Below, in pieces: positions 51,366-63,740 of a DNA stretch of 64,000 nucleotides. Numbering within the stretch: the stretch's first letter is position 1; every line of letters begins with the position of its first letter. Source of the stretch: Camelus dromedarius (Eukaryota); the NCBI RefSeq assembly GCF_036321535.1, contig NC_087437.1:68760001-68824000 (forward strand). Reading direction: 5' to 3'. The notes beneath the pieces were generated by a model. That model searched no databases and had not been told where the DNA came from. It was given only the letters and a program-made list of their open reading frames with translations. The position numbers were made by a program, and so were the translations under genes.

Positions 51366-53299
51366 GCTGTTGTGGATTTTCCTGTGACTCTGCGAACAAT
51401 TCAAGTAAGATTCTACTAGCATTTGGGAAGTAGACTCTGGAGAATTAGTTGCATTTCCTTTGTTGACTTCATAAATCGACCTCAAGTTTTAGCTGTAAAG
51501 GATACCATTTGGCTCTGAGAGAACTTCCTAAGATGATTAGATCTGAAATGCTTAAAAAGGAAAATCTTTTCTGTTCTTGTGCCAGTAATCAATGAGAAAC
51601 CAAATGGTGTGGGAAAAAAAACTCAAATCAAAAATAAAGCTGTAGATGAAATTCTTTCCTCACTATTCATATATATATGAATATATATATTTAAATATAT
51701 AAAATCTTTTCTTTCTTAATAAAGGTATCTTTTCTAAGATACTGCCACACGTAGCTATTGAAATCACTTTCCTCTTCTCTTCTTGGCCCCAATAAAACAG
51801 TTTGGATTATCTCAAAACATCTGTTCTATTCTCTTCAGATAGTCAGATTCCAAAATATCTCTCCCATTGCCCTACAGTTCTTTGAAAACCGCACCTTCAT
51901 CTATGGCATGTCTTATATCAAACAGAGTTTCCAACGAAAAAAGAATATCCACGTCAACCCTCGTTCCCCTTAGTGAGGAAATCCAAACCAAACCAAAGCA
52001 AAGAAAATAAAAATCGAATACATACTTTGCAAGGTGAATGATACCTGTACCATCAAGAACAGACCCTAATTCCTTTCTCAGTCTCTCCGGCTGCATCTGT
52101 TATTACAATATAGTATTTTCTTAAGTAGTGGGTTTCTTTTGTTTGTTTTAGAAGTCATTCAATGTATGTAGCAGTCTGGGTTAATTTATTGTATTTGTCT
52201 GCCCAGCACAGGATATATTCTGTTAATAGATACTAGGTATAGACATGCAACTTAAGTTTAGCCATCAGTGACTACTGTTCAAGCAGAACCAGTCAGAATT
52301 CTTTCTGGGATTGATACACAAAAGTTTAGACAAGAAATTTCTCTTTCTTTCTACTAGCTTTGCTAACCTGGAAGATATGACTCTGTTGCCGACAGTTAAC
52401 ATCTTGGAGAAAGCGTTTTATGGGAGCATAAAATATTTACCTTCTATAGAAGTGTAACTTCTTTGTTTCTGTATTATGAAAACTCTTTATTAGAATATAT
52501 GATTGATTCTGACTTTGTCTATATGTACCTCATATCATCTTTATTTTCCACCAACTGCTAAGTCATTAGAGATACTCAGAGTCATAGTTTGTTGGAGGAA
52601 TTATTTCTTATCTGAAGACTGTCTTAGAATTGAAATAATCGCTCTAGAGAGGCTGTGATATCATACCTACCAAATGGAGAATGTTAAGTACGTATATGTT
52701 AAGTGTTAATTACAAACAAACAAACAGACAAGCAGTAATGAAAGAGAGGAAGAGGTGGTGTGATTCTTGACAACACAGGATCAGAATTCCAGTTCCTGAA
52801 GCGCTGATTCCACTAGCTCTCTTTCCTGCTTCATCAGTTTCCCCCACTATATTCCCAGCAGCATACAGACATAATGTAACACCTTTCTTCTTAAAATCAA
52901 GGCCAAAAAAAAAAACCTTTAATTTTATAGAACCTTCAACCACTAGCCCATTTTCCTACAAACTCTTCAAAAGAGTAGTCTATGACCACCAATTACAATT
53001 CTACCCATCTCCTTTATTCATTTTAATTTTCAGTTATGTTATTTTTGGTTCATTTAGAAGACTGTAGGCAATGCATTTTATATTATGAAGCAGAATAACC
53101 CACTTTAAGAATTATAACGTTACCAATTCTGTTTCATATGCCCCATGTTCCTTTATGTCTCATTCCATTGCTTTCCCTAGAGAAAAACTTACCACTGTCT
53201 TACATTTTGTGTATATTGTTCCTTACCTTTTTAGTTACTAAACAGCTTTTTTCCATATAATTTTCATAAACAACTAGTATCTCCCTTGAACAATTCCAG

Positions 53300-54018
53300 T
53301 CAGGCTGTTGTGTCTCCTTCCTCATGGACACTGCCCTTGGGCTGGTCACCAGTTATCTGCACATTGTCAAGTCCAAGAGAAAACCTTCTGTCACTGTTAC
53401 CTTGACCTGTTGCAAGCACTTGACATGCTTCATTATTGCCTTTTTTTAGAATATCTTTCTTGGTCTCTGGAGAAAAACTCTGTATTGGTTTCCTACCTGC
53501 GTCATTGAGCAATCTTTCCAGTCTCTTTTGCTGGATGCTTCCCATTTTTCTAACCTCACTAACTGTTGGAGAGTTCGAGGGCTCAGGCTTTTGCTCCTAC
53601 TTATCTATTTTCACTTCCTGAGTGATCTCATCCAGGCCATAGCTATAAGGTTGATGACTTCAAAATATATATCTTCAGTGTAAACTCTTCCCTGAATTCT
53701 AGGTTTGTTTATCCACCTGACAACTTGATCTCACTCGGATGTTCAGTAGCATATCAAGTTAATATGTGTGAAATTGAGCTCTTTATGGCCTCATTCTTCC
53801 TCAATCTTCCCATTTCAGTAAATGGTAACTTTATTCTTTCAGTTGCTCTATCCAAACCCTCTGAATCAAACTTGACTCCTTTCTTTCATTCACACTCACA
53901 CCCACATTTTAGCCATTAGCAAATATTACATTCTCTGCTTCAGAATAGATCCAGAACCCAATATCTTCCTACCACTCTTCTGTTACCATTCTAGTGGACA
54001 TCACCATCTTATCTCCTT
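53300..54018 (+). mobile_element. LINE-2 fragment
   Basis: GGTCACCAGTTATCTGCACATTGTCAAGTCCAA...TTGATGACTTCAAAATATATATC...CCCATTTCAGTAAATGGTAAC...CTTCAGAATAGATCCAGAA. Confidence 0.85.
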
Positions 54019-54080
54019 TATTAGTCGGGGTACTAAACAGAAATGGAACCAACAGAATGTAGATATATAGATATAAAAAG
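54019..54080 (-). mobile_element. MLT2 (ERVL) LTR 3'-end fragment
   Basis: TATTAGTCGGGGTACTAAACAGAAATGGAACCAACAGAATGTAGATATATAG resembles the MLT2 antisense start. Confidence 0.55.
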
Positions 54081-54631
54081 TGATTTTAAAAAACCCCAAA
54101 ATTCAAAAGAGTAAATTTGAAGATCTAATTGGGCTTTATTAGGCAATTCATGAATTTGGCAGCATCCCATCCAGCTACTAAAAGGGCACTCTGAGTGGCT
54201 ATACAAAATGGAAGGGTTTTTTTAAAGAGGAAGAAGGATGGGGCAAGGAAGCTATTTGCAAAAAAAGAAAGGAGGGAGGAAGGGAAGGAAAGAAGGAAGG
54301 AAGGAAAAGAAAGAAAGAAAAAGAAGAAGGAAGGAAGAAAGAAAAAGCAAGGAAGGAATGGAGAAAGAAAGTGTTACTTTGGGTCATGAATGGCAAGGGT
54401 TTTATCCTGCAGGTTGCCTCTTCTTCCTCTGAGGGTTAGACGGGTTAGAGAGGGCCCACGTGACAGATTACCCCATTGGCGCTGACCAGAAAAAATTCTG
54501 AACTGGTTGATTAAGATTACATTTCTGGAGAAGGTTGAAACTGCAATTAGTTTGGTATTAAATTTAGTTTTGGTATTACGGGCTTCAGCCCAAGGGGTAC
54601 CATTTTGGGCCTATGGTTTTTCTCTTTAACA
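54081..54631 (-). mobile_element. ERV1-class 3' LTR with adjacent polypurine tract and probable internal remnant to about 54950
   Basis: Minus strand: AAAGGGGGGAAT (polypurine tract, 54632-54643) then TGTTAAAGAGAAAAACCATAGGCCCAAAATGG; AATAAA near 54135; a GGAA/GAAA expansion at 54265-54370. Confidence 0.8.
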
Positions 54632-54964
54632 ATTCCCCCCTTTGATCAGACTCTCAGCCTAATGGAGGGATGTGATCATACTTTAAGGCGCTAGTGTCAC
54701 TCTAACTACTGCTCTCCAGCTTTGTTGATCATTGCTGCTATAAAGCCCCTGTGATATTCACGGACCACAACTCCAGGTTCACAGTTTTTAAGTCATTTTA
54801 CTTTTCAAATGGCTTGAAGACTTTGTTTGCCACAAGACCAATGCCCTCACAATGACAAAGAAACTTAAAAAATATGTTTCCCACTTGGGGTATATATTCC
54901 TTTTCTGACACTTCAGTCTGGGGGACTTCATTTACTCTGAAGTTATTGACTACAAACATGTATT

Positions 54965-56792
54965 TAAAGACTTTGAGGATCCTCTGGGACAATATCAAGC
55001 AGAATAACATTTAAATTGTTGGGGCCCCAGAAGAAGAAAAGAGAGAAAGAGTCAGGAAAATTATTTTTAAAATAGTGGCTGAAATTTTTCCTAATCTGGA
55101 GAAGGAAACAGACATCCTGGTCCAGGAAGCCCAGAGAGTTGCAAATAAGATGAAAAGAAACACAGACCAAGATATTATAATTAAAATGGTAAAAGTTAAG
55201 GATAAAGAGAGAATTATAAAAGCAGTAAAGTAAAACCAACTTGTTACAAGGGGAACCTCCTAATGCTATCAACACATTTTTCAGCTGAAACTTTGCAGGC
55301 CAGAAGGAAGTGACATGATATATTCAAAGTACTGAAAGGACAAAACTTCCAACCAAGAATTCTTGAGAACCCAGCAAGGTTATCACTGAGAACTGAAGAA
55401 GGTATCAAGAGTTTACCAGGGAAGCAAAAGCTAACGGAGTTCATCATTATGAGAAATGTTAAAGGGACTTCTTTAAGATGAAAAAAATAGGACTAAATAA
55501 TAATAATAATAATAAAAACATACAACAGTAAAAATCTCACTGGAAAAGGTACATAAATAATAAAGGCAATTTGATCAATCACTTATAAAATAAACATAGA
55601 TGTTAGAAGACAAAAGTAGCAGAATGAACTAAAATTACAATAATTAGTTAAGGAATGCATAAAAATAAAAGAAGATGTAAAATATTTCATCATAAGTATA
55701 AAACATAGTGGAATATAAAGATAAAGCTTTGGAATGTGTTCAAATTTAAGTTGCTACCAACTTAAAACAGACTGTTCTTTACATAGAATATTAAATGTGA
55801 ACAAATGGGACTTCAGCAAACTGAAAAGCATCTGCACTGTGAAGAAAACCATTATCAAAACAAAAAGGCAACCTACTGAATGAGAGAAGATATTTAATAA
55901 GGGATGAATATCCAAAACATATAAAGAACTCATACAACTCAACAACAACAACAACAGCAAAAACCAACTTAATTAAAAAATGGGCACAGGGTCTGAATAG
56001 ACATTTTTCCAAAAAAGACATCCAGATGTGACCACAGGCAAATGAAAAGATGTTCAACATCACTGATTATCATGGAACAGCAAATCAAAACCACAATGAG
56101 ATGTCACATCACACCTGTTATTATAAAAAGAAAAGAAATAACATTTTGTAGAGGATGTGGAAAAAGGGGAACCTATGTACATAGTTGATGGGACTGTAGA
56201 TTGGTGCAGCCACTATGGAAAACGATATGGAGATTCCTCAAAGTATGAAGACTAAAACCATCAAATGACTCAGCTCTTCCACTTCAGGGTATTTGTCCAA
56301 AGAATATGAAAACTTTAATTCAAAAGGATATATGAACCCCCATGTTCATTGCAGCGTTATTTCAAGCAGCCAATATGAAAACAATATGCAAACAACCTTA
56401 GTGTCTGTCAACAGATGCATGGATACAGAAGATATGATATATGTGTCATCACTTAGCCTTAAAGGCAAGAAGAAATCCTGCTACTTGTGACAACATGGAT
56501 GGGCCTTGAAGGTAGTATGCTAAGTGAAATAAGTCAAACAGGGAAAGACAAATACCATATGAATTCACTCAGATGTGGAATGTCAAAAAACAAAACAAAA
56601 CAAACAAACAAACAAACAAAACAAAATGAACTCACAGATACAGAGAACAGATTAATGGTTACCAGAGGGGAAGGGGGTTTGAGGGTGGACAAATTGATGG
56701 TGATGAATGGCAACTAGATTCGTGGTGGTGATCACCTTGTGGTCTATACAGATGTCGAATTATAATGCTGTATACCTGAAACCGATAAAAAA
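54965..56792 (+). mobile_element. LINE-1 with ORF1 C-terminal half, inter-ORF spacer, large ORF2 deletion, ORF2 C-terminus and 3' UTR
   Basis: CTCTGGGACAATATCAAGC...CCAGGAAGCCCAGAGAG (ORF1) to about 55480; spacer to about 55790; then AACAAATGGGACTTC... (ORF2 end) through the 3' UTR to ATAAAAAA. Confidence 0.92.
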
Positions 56793-56939
56793 TCGACTCT
56801 AGAGATGCTTTGTTAAAGGTGTGTATCTGCACCTCTATCTATACCTGTATATCTCTGTACATTTTATTAATGCAAACACAGGAAAAAACAGTTAATTACA
56901 CCTGGGAAGCTGGGCAGGCATGTTCAGAGGGGTAACATT

Positions 56940-57580
56940 TGCCCCAAGATTTTGCACAATGAATAGGTGATTGATGAACAGATGTTTGCCTGGTGAATAA
57001 AGGAAGGAAGACTATTTCTGGCAGAGAGAACAATATGTGAACGGCTTGGAGACGTGATAGATTTTGATGTATAATCGGAATCCTGAATGATTATGAGTGG
57101 CTGGAATATACAACGTGTAATGAGGGGGCCTGGGAAAAGAAGAGGGTGAAAGAGGTCAGATCATAAAGGGCCTTATACGTCCCATTAAGGTGTACAGACT
57201 TTATCCTACAGATGAGTTGTATCCATCCCACTTTTGTAGGGAAGAAAGCCATATGCTCAGACATGTATTTTTGGAAGACTACTCTTGGTCTCTGTGGTTA
57301 GTGTATGCTGGCAGAGACACAAAAGGAAAGATGTGCAATTAAATGTCTACCATAATCTTCTAAGGAAGGAAAAAAATTTTTAAATATACAGCTAAACCAG
57401 AGTCAATGGGGATTGAGGGCTGAGTGTGGGTTTGAGTAATATTTTTGAGCGAATCCACCAGTCTAGGTGACTGATTGGAATGTGAGAGACAAAGAGTTAA
57501 AGATGTCCCTGAGAAGTCAATCTTGGGCAGTTCAGGACTGACGGTATTGTGGCGGCGATCACCTGGAAAAAGAGAAAGGC
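56940..57580 (-). mobile_element. LINE-2 fragment
   Basis: GGAAGACTATTTCTGGCAGAGAGAACAA...GGTCAGATCATAAAGGGCCTT...GGTGACTGATTGGAATGTGAGAG. Confidence 0.75.
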
Positions 57581-58509
57581 AACCTGCTTCATGAGCAGGG
57601 CAATGCTTGGTGTTCCGATATTTTCCAGCTGCTATGAATACTGATCACTATTATTCAGATGGGAAATTCAGATGGCGCAGGAAAAAATATTAAACATCTG
57701 GGGTATCTCTGTACCAGTGTCGTATTTCTAAAAGACAGTTTGGCTTTGAAATCTTGATGCTGAAATCACAAGGCAGGCTCTTTAAAGTATCAACCGTCTT
57801 TGGCTGAGCTTTTTAAAGAAATGACTCCCAGCTTTCCATGTTTATGAACTCCTTCATGGACCATCACAGCAACTTATTTTCCTGGCTTCAGCCCCTCTCT
57901 CTGAGTTCTCCACTTTTATGTGTGTCTCACTCAAGCTAAATTGTATGTGTGACTTGGCAAGTCTCAGCTCTGTGCCTGTTAGTGAGTTAACACTGCCACC
58001 TAGCATCCGAAGGGGATCTTTGTTGTCTTCTAACGAGAATCCCAGTGTCTCCACTCCAGGCGTCATTGCCAGAACTCCTACCTTGAAAGGAGCTTGTTTA
58101 TGATTAATTAGCATTGCAATTGAAGAGCTTCTCATTTTTACTTCAATATTTTGGCATGCTGTGCTAAATGTTTGGAGTGTCCGTCACTGGCAAGTGCCAG
58201 AGAGAAGTCAGGACAGCTGTGTGTTTGTGTGTATGCTGTGCATGCACGGATGTTCCACTTCAGGATGGAGAGAAGGAGAGGGAGGGCCGGAGGGAGACTG
58301 CAGAGGGCAGGAAAAATCGCAGGTGGACCCATGCAGAGGGCAGCAACCATCACCAAAGAATGGAAGAGTTTGTCGGGGTAGGGGTGGTGGAGGCAGAGAG
58401 GTTGTAGGGAGATGAATGAAAAGGGCGGGAGAGGAAATGGCATAGGCAGGAAAAGGGAAGGAAAATGTAAATATTTGAGTCACACAAGGAGGAAGAGCAT
58501 TTCAAGATC

Positions 58510-58630
58510 TTTCTCTTCTCCCCTCCTCCTCCCTCCTCTCCCCCTCCTCCTCCTCCTCCATCCTCCCCTGCTCCTCCCTCTCCCCACTCCCTCTCTCTCT
58601 CTTTCATCTTTCTCTTTCATCTCTCTCTTT
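58510..58630. repeat. Polypyrimidine (CCT/CT) tract preceded by purine-rich sequence
   Basis: Seen directly; the G-rich minus strand contains many GG/GGG runs. Confidence 0.9.
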
Positions 58631-61464
58631 TGGCTGAATGCAGAGGACACTTGCAAACTTCCTAGTGATACTGCCTAGAACCAGCATTTCTTAGTCAACA
58701 CCTGATTTTTTTTCTGATGTGTATTTCTTGGGTTTGAAAACAGAGTCTTGTGTGCTTTGTTAGTTTCTATATGTGTGATGCATGAATGGAAGATAGGCAG
58801 GTGTTCTGGTTCAGTTATTATTGAACTTGTCCAAAGGGACCTGGAGCTTCTGAACTCCTGGAAAGTACCTGCTCTCAAGATTTTACAGAGATCACAGAAA
58901 TATGTCCCTTGTGCAGCTAGGTTTCTAGCAAAGACTTTTCAAACAGCAGATCTTACCTGGTGCTTTGAGCTGGGCTTGAGAACACCATTTCTCCCTGCTG
59001 CCCTCTGCCATTGCAGATTGATGTTTCAAGTCTTTAAAGGTTGGCTTTAGGGAAATGTTTATACATCTGAAAGAAATTGTCCAGGTCCTGAGTCCTATGG
59101 TGTATTCTTATCTATAACAACCCCACACCAAACCCCCAACCTGTCACTGTCTGACTTCCTTCCTGGGTGGCTGCCTTTTTCCTTGTCTTGCTTTTCTCTT
59201 TCCTACACTTTCTCCGGGATAAACAACTCACAGTCACAACTCCCACTTCTCATAATGTGTGTGGGAGTGTGTCTGTGTCTTGGGCAACTGTGAAGGAGCT
59301 GCTTCTGCTCCAGAGACCTGGCAAATTCCAACAGTAAGAGTCCAGCTGGGGACAGAATTCAGGTAATTAGAGTCTCCTGGCCGGGACTATTCCCTACGCT
59401 GACTTTTTCTTCTCCTTCCCCTCCTAAACTACCCTCTGACCTTTTAACCTGTCCCCATGGGATACTGTATTTGCAGTTTCCCACCTAAAGAGCTCAGCAC
59501 TTGATGCTCTTAAAGCTTGAGAAAGCCATTAACAAATCAAGTCCAGAACGATCCTTTTCATCGAGTCAGTCCACAATATTCTAATACTGTTTTGTTTTTA
59601 AATAAGCTCCCCTGTGTATGTTACCTTTTTAATATTGCATTTCATGAAGCCTCCGCCTTGAGTTTGCATCCACCCCCTCATTGCCTCGAGGCTGTGGACA
59701 CTCAGAAGTAGGACCCATGTGCGGGGCTTACTGCCCTGCTGGGCTGCCTTCATCTGACTCCGTGGGCGGCAAGCCCTTCTCCACGCTGGTCTTCCCTCCT
59801 TCATCCATGTATCTCTGTGTGAAAATTTCACACGAACCCAAGCTCCTATAAGCAGGCCTGCAGCAAGACCAGCTGGCAACAGAGTTGCATCGGACAGCAC
59901 AGCAGTAAGAATTAAAATCATTCATCTTCTTTGTTTCCTTTGGCAGCCACAGGAGAGCAGGGGGGAAAGGTTATGAATTGCAGCATCTCCAAGGTGACCA
60001 CAGAGAAAAGGAAGAAGGCTGAGAATTTGGGAAGGTAGGGACAGGTTAAGATAGAGGTCAGGGGGTCTCTATCTTTTTTGCATGGCAACCCTGCCCTTAT
60101 ATAATTTATACTTTATTCAGATAAATGTATTCTATGCTTTCAGTCCTGTATTACAGCAACATAGTTCTCTTTCTGAACAGTGCTGCACTGACTTACCCCT
60201 TAACAAAAGGACTTGGTCTCCTTTTTGTGTCGATTGAATATGGTAATGCACTGATGAATTTAAGAAGCAGATCTTTTTTTATGACTTGGGAAAAAAATCC
60301 ATTGCTTTAAAGTAGTTTTAAATTTTCAGATACTTCTTTAGCACTGTGGATTTTTTGAGAGGAAAATACGACAACAACTAGGACTGCCTTTTTTTTTCTT
60401 TCCCCTATCCTCAATATTCTTAGAATTCTGAACACCGTATGTCTTGGTGCCTATGAATCGCTCAGACAATAAAATGTTTATAGTTGAGCTCTACTCGGTG
60501 AAGTATGTGTCTGTTATGAAAAAAGATTGCTAGTTGGAGCTGGAAATTTACAACAGACACCCACAGGAAGGCATACTGTTGCAAATCCCACTAGGACATA
60601 TCGCTCTTCATGTTGAATTACTCCAATGAGCCATTTAGAATGATCAGGACTTAAAGACAATACAGAATTCACAGAGAAAGGCTCTGAAGATTATTTTGTA
60701 CATGATACTAAAGCCAAGGGTTAATTTTTCTCCTCAAAGTCATCCAGACATCAGGGTCTATCCTGAAACAAAAATGGAGGGACTTTATAGTGTTCAGTTT
60801 ATAATGTCTTTTATAAAAAAATCTATTTGTTAATACACCCTTAAAGAGGAGAGCTGTAAGCATGGAACATAAAGTTGGATATAATCTAAACATCAGGGGG
60901 TGATAGTGGGTTCCTTTTTTAAATTTAAGCTTCTTAATTCTCCTGAGCTTCCTTTTCATAATCTATGAAATGGAATGAGGGTGCTTTCAAATCGTTACTT
61001 ACAAATGAAATTATAGATATTTATGCTCTTTTCTGCAGTTTAGTCATGTTTCTCACATCACCCTTCTCCTCTATAACATATGCATATATAGCACTTTTTA
61101 AATGCAGATGGTGCCATTTTTAGAGCTATAGAGTGAAGGTAGTATTTATCTTAGAATTTCTATAGCTCTGATTACCTAAATACACTAATAGAAAAATTAG
61201 GCTAAGAAAAAAACTAACTAACTAAGATACTCTCATAGTCACACTGGGTATTGAAATGTCAGAAAACATATTAACCAACCTACAATTACTTGGGGAAAGG
61301 CAAAAGGAAACTGGGTGTAAAAGATTATTTTTACATATTGTAGTCCTTTGCCATGACATTTGCAAAAGGTAAATATCTGAAAATAGGAAGACATACTAAA
61401 CTTAGTTTATAAGCTACCTCAGATACACGATTTCCCTTGCTTTCTGGTTGGAGCAGTATTGGAA

Positions 61465-61915
61465 GACTGTTATCTGTGGGTCTCTCACAATTCTGCAAGT
61501 CTTGTGAACAGAGGTGCTGGCTGCCTTTATTCCAGAGATGGAGACTGTATTTCCCTCCAGAGCAAAAGGCTAGTTTGTTTAGTGTCCGTTATAACAAAGA
61601 ATGTCTCTCTCTCTCCAGAGCAAAGGTCAGGCAAGCTTATGGCCCATAATGGAAGACTTGAGTTCCCTAAGTTTTGAGTTATTCTCCTAAAATGCAACCT
61701 ACTATTTTTCAAGTGTGACCTGACCCATTTCAAGTCACCCTGAGGACATAGGGGCTCAGGGAGATGCACAAATGTTGGCACTCTGGTTAGTGTGATCACT
61801 GCTGCTAATAAAGTCCTTTCTCTCTTCCCAGCCATCTCATGTCTTCTGCCAACATCCCTGACACTGAGGCAGGCTAACTGGTTGACTGAGTAAAATCTCA
61901 GACCCTGCACAGTTC
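61465..61915 (+). mobile_element. ERVL-class LTR (MER77/MER21 group-like)
   Basis: Duplicated CTCCAGAGCAAA unit; AATAAAGTCCTTT; end GCAGGCTAAC...GTAAAATCTCAGACCCTGCACA. Confidence 0.65.
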
Positions 61916-63033
61916 CCCATAAGCAGCAGCTTGTCCTTTCCCCTTGGTTCTAGGTCCAGGTCTCTGTGGCTACTGGCCTCACCATTACAGACCATCGAGC
62001 TCTATGTACTGTCGGCTCAGACTTTGTCAGCTCACCGGCTAGACTGGAACTATAGAGGCAGCTCCTTGGAAAGACTAGGTGACATAAAGTGGAAGTACAG
62101 GAAAATTATTGCTCCATGGGGTGAACTTTGCTGGAAGGGAAAGAGAGGACCCACACAAAAATGCATCTCAGTCTCTCTTCTCAGAGAGACTCCTCTGCAA
62201 TGCAGTCGTCTCTTAACCCCTCTTTAAAGACAGTCCCGATGGCCAGCTCACTTGTGTCCCTTTATATGTGTTTCTCTTCCTTCCTTCCCTTGCTCCTTCC
62301 CCCCTCATGTCTGCTTCCCTGAGATAAGGTTCCTCAACAAGTAGTAGCATACACGTTTTTGCCACAGGATTTGTTTTCTAGAGAACCTGAGTTAGAGGTT
62401 TAGGATACTTGCAACTCAGTGGCTGAATTTTTGCAAGTAAAGTAACTATGAAACAAAATTGTGTTAACAGAAGGCACGTAAATGTGAAAATTGGTTACCT
62501 ATCCATATGAGCCCTTTAAACATGAGAACTCTGGCAGAGTTCAGTCTACACGAGCCTTCTCCCAAGCACAGCGGCACATCTTAAAGCTGTTATATTCATC
62601 TTCCTGTCACTGAAAACACTGTCAAATAAAATTCTTAGTTGATAACTCTCTGCAGCTTTAGAAATCAAGACTTGACATAGTACATCACTACTCTATCATC
62701 ATCATTGTTTATGTATTTTGAGTTTTTATTTTTTATTTTTTTGTGTCTGTAATGACTGTGACCGATAAGATACATGGAAAGTATGAGCTACTGACTTATT
62801 TAGAGGAAATCTTTGATTCTGGATTTCAGGCAGATCTAGATATCATATTCTTTTTGATGTGGATGAGATTTAAGAATTAATGCCCAAGACACAGATCTTC
62901 AGAAGAGGGAAGAGAGGATGAATATAGATCAGGGGTTAAAAGATGAGCTTGATATTTGATAGATAGACATGGGTTCAAATGCTACTCTCACAAATTCGTA
63001 GCTTTCAGCATTTATCAGACACCTTTGTGTGCT

Positions 63034-63489
63034 ATTATGTGTTGAACTGTATCCCCGCTTCCAAGTTAATATGTTGCCATCCTAACTGCTAGTACCTCAG
63101 AATGTGACCTTATTTGAAAATAGGATCATTGCAGATGTAATTAGTTAAATTAAGATGAGGTCATTAGTGAGGACCCTAATCAGTTATGATTGGGTCTTTA
63201 TAAAAAGAGGACATTTGAACACAGATATGTACATAGGGAGAACGCCATGTGAAGATGAAGGCAAGGATCAGGGTGATGCTTCTACAAGCAAAAGAATGCC
63301 AAGTTGCTAGAAAACCACCAGGAGCATAGGTGTAGAGCAGATTCTTCCTCTCGGCCCTCAGGAGGAACTAATCCTGTCAACACCTCGATCTCAGAACTTT
63401 AGACTTCAGAACTGTGAGACAATAAATATCTGTATTGAAGCCACTCGGTTTGTGGTACTTTGCTACCGCATCCCTGTAACACTCATACC
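63034..63489 (+). mobile_element. MaLR solo LTR (MLT1C-like) inserted in an L2
   Basis: GTACCTCAGAATGTGACCTTATTTG...GCCATGTGAAGATGAAGGC...CAGAACTGTGAGACAATAAAT...GTTTGTGGTACTTTG. Confidence 0.9.
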
Positions 63490-63740
63490 TGACTCTGCAT
63501 CATGGTAAGGGCTAGACATATAGAAGTGAGCAAAATACAGACATAGTGCTTGCTCTCATGGAACCAACAATCTAGTATGAGACAATAAACAGATGAACAG
63601 ACAAATGAAATACAACTATACATTGTAACGTATTAGGAAAGAAACAAAGAGGATGCCGACAGAGAAAGTTGGTGATGGGGAGCAATGGTTACCTTAGATA
63701 GGAGCATTATGAAAGTTTTCTCTCCAGATGCACCTCTAAG
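63490..63740 (-). mobile_element. LINE-2 3' fragment (continues left of the LTR at about 63005-63033)
   Basis: CAGACATAGTGCTTGCTCTCATGGAAC...CTAG...ACAATAAAC L2 antisense pattern. Confidence 0.7.

Noticed and set aside
54195..54432. Lys/Arg/Glu-rich ORFs
   Set aside because: GGAA/GAAA simple-repeat expansion inside an LTR.
54964..56717. Several ORFs on both strands
   Set aside because: Fragments of a decayed L1 with stops and frameshifts; not functional.
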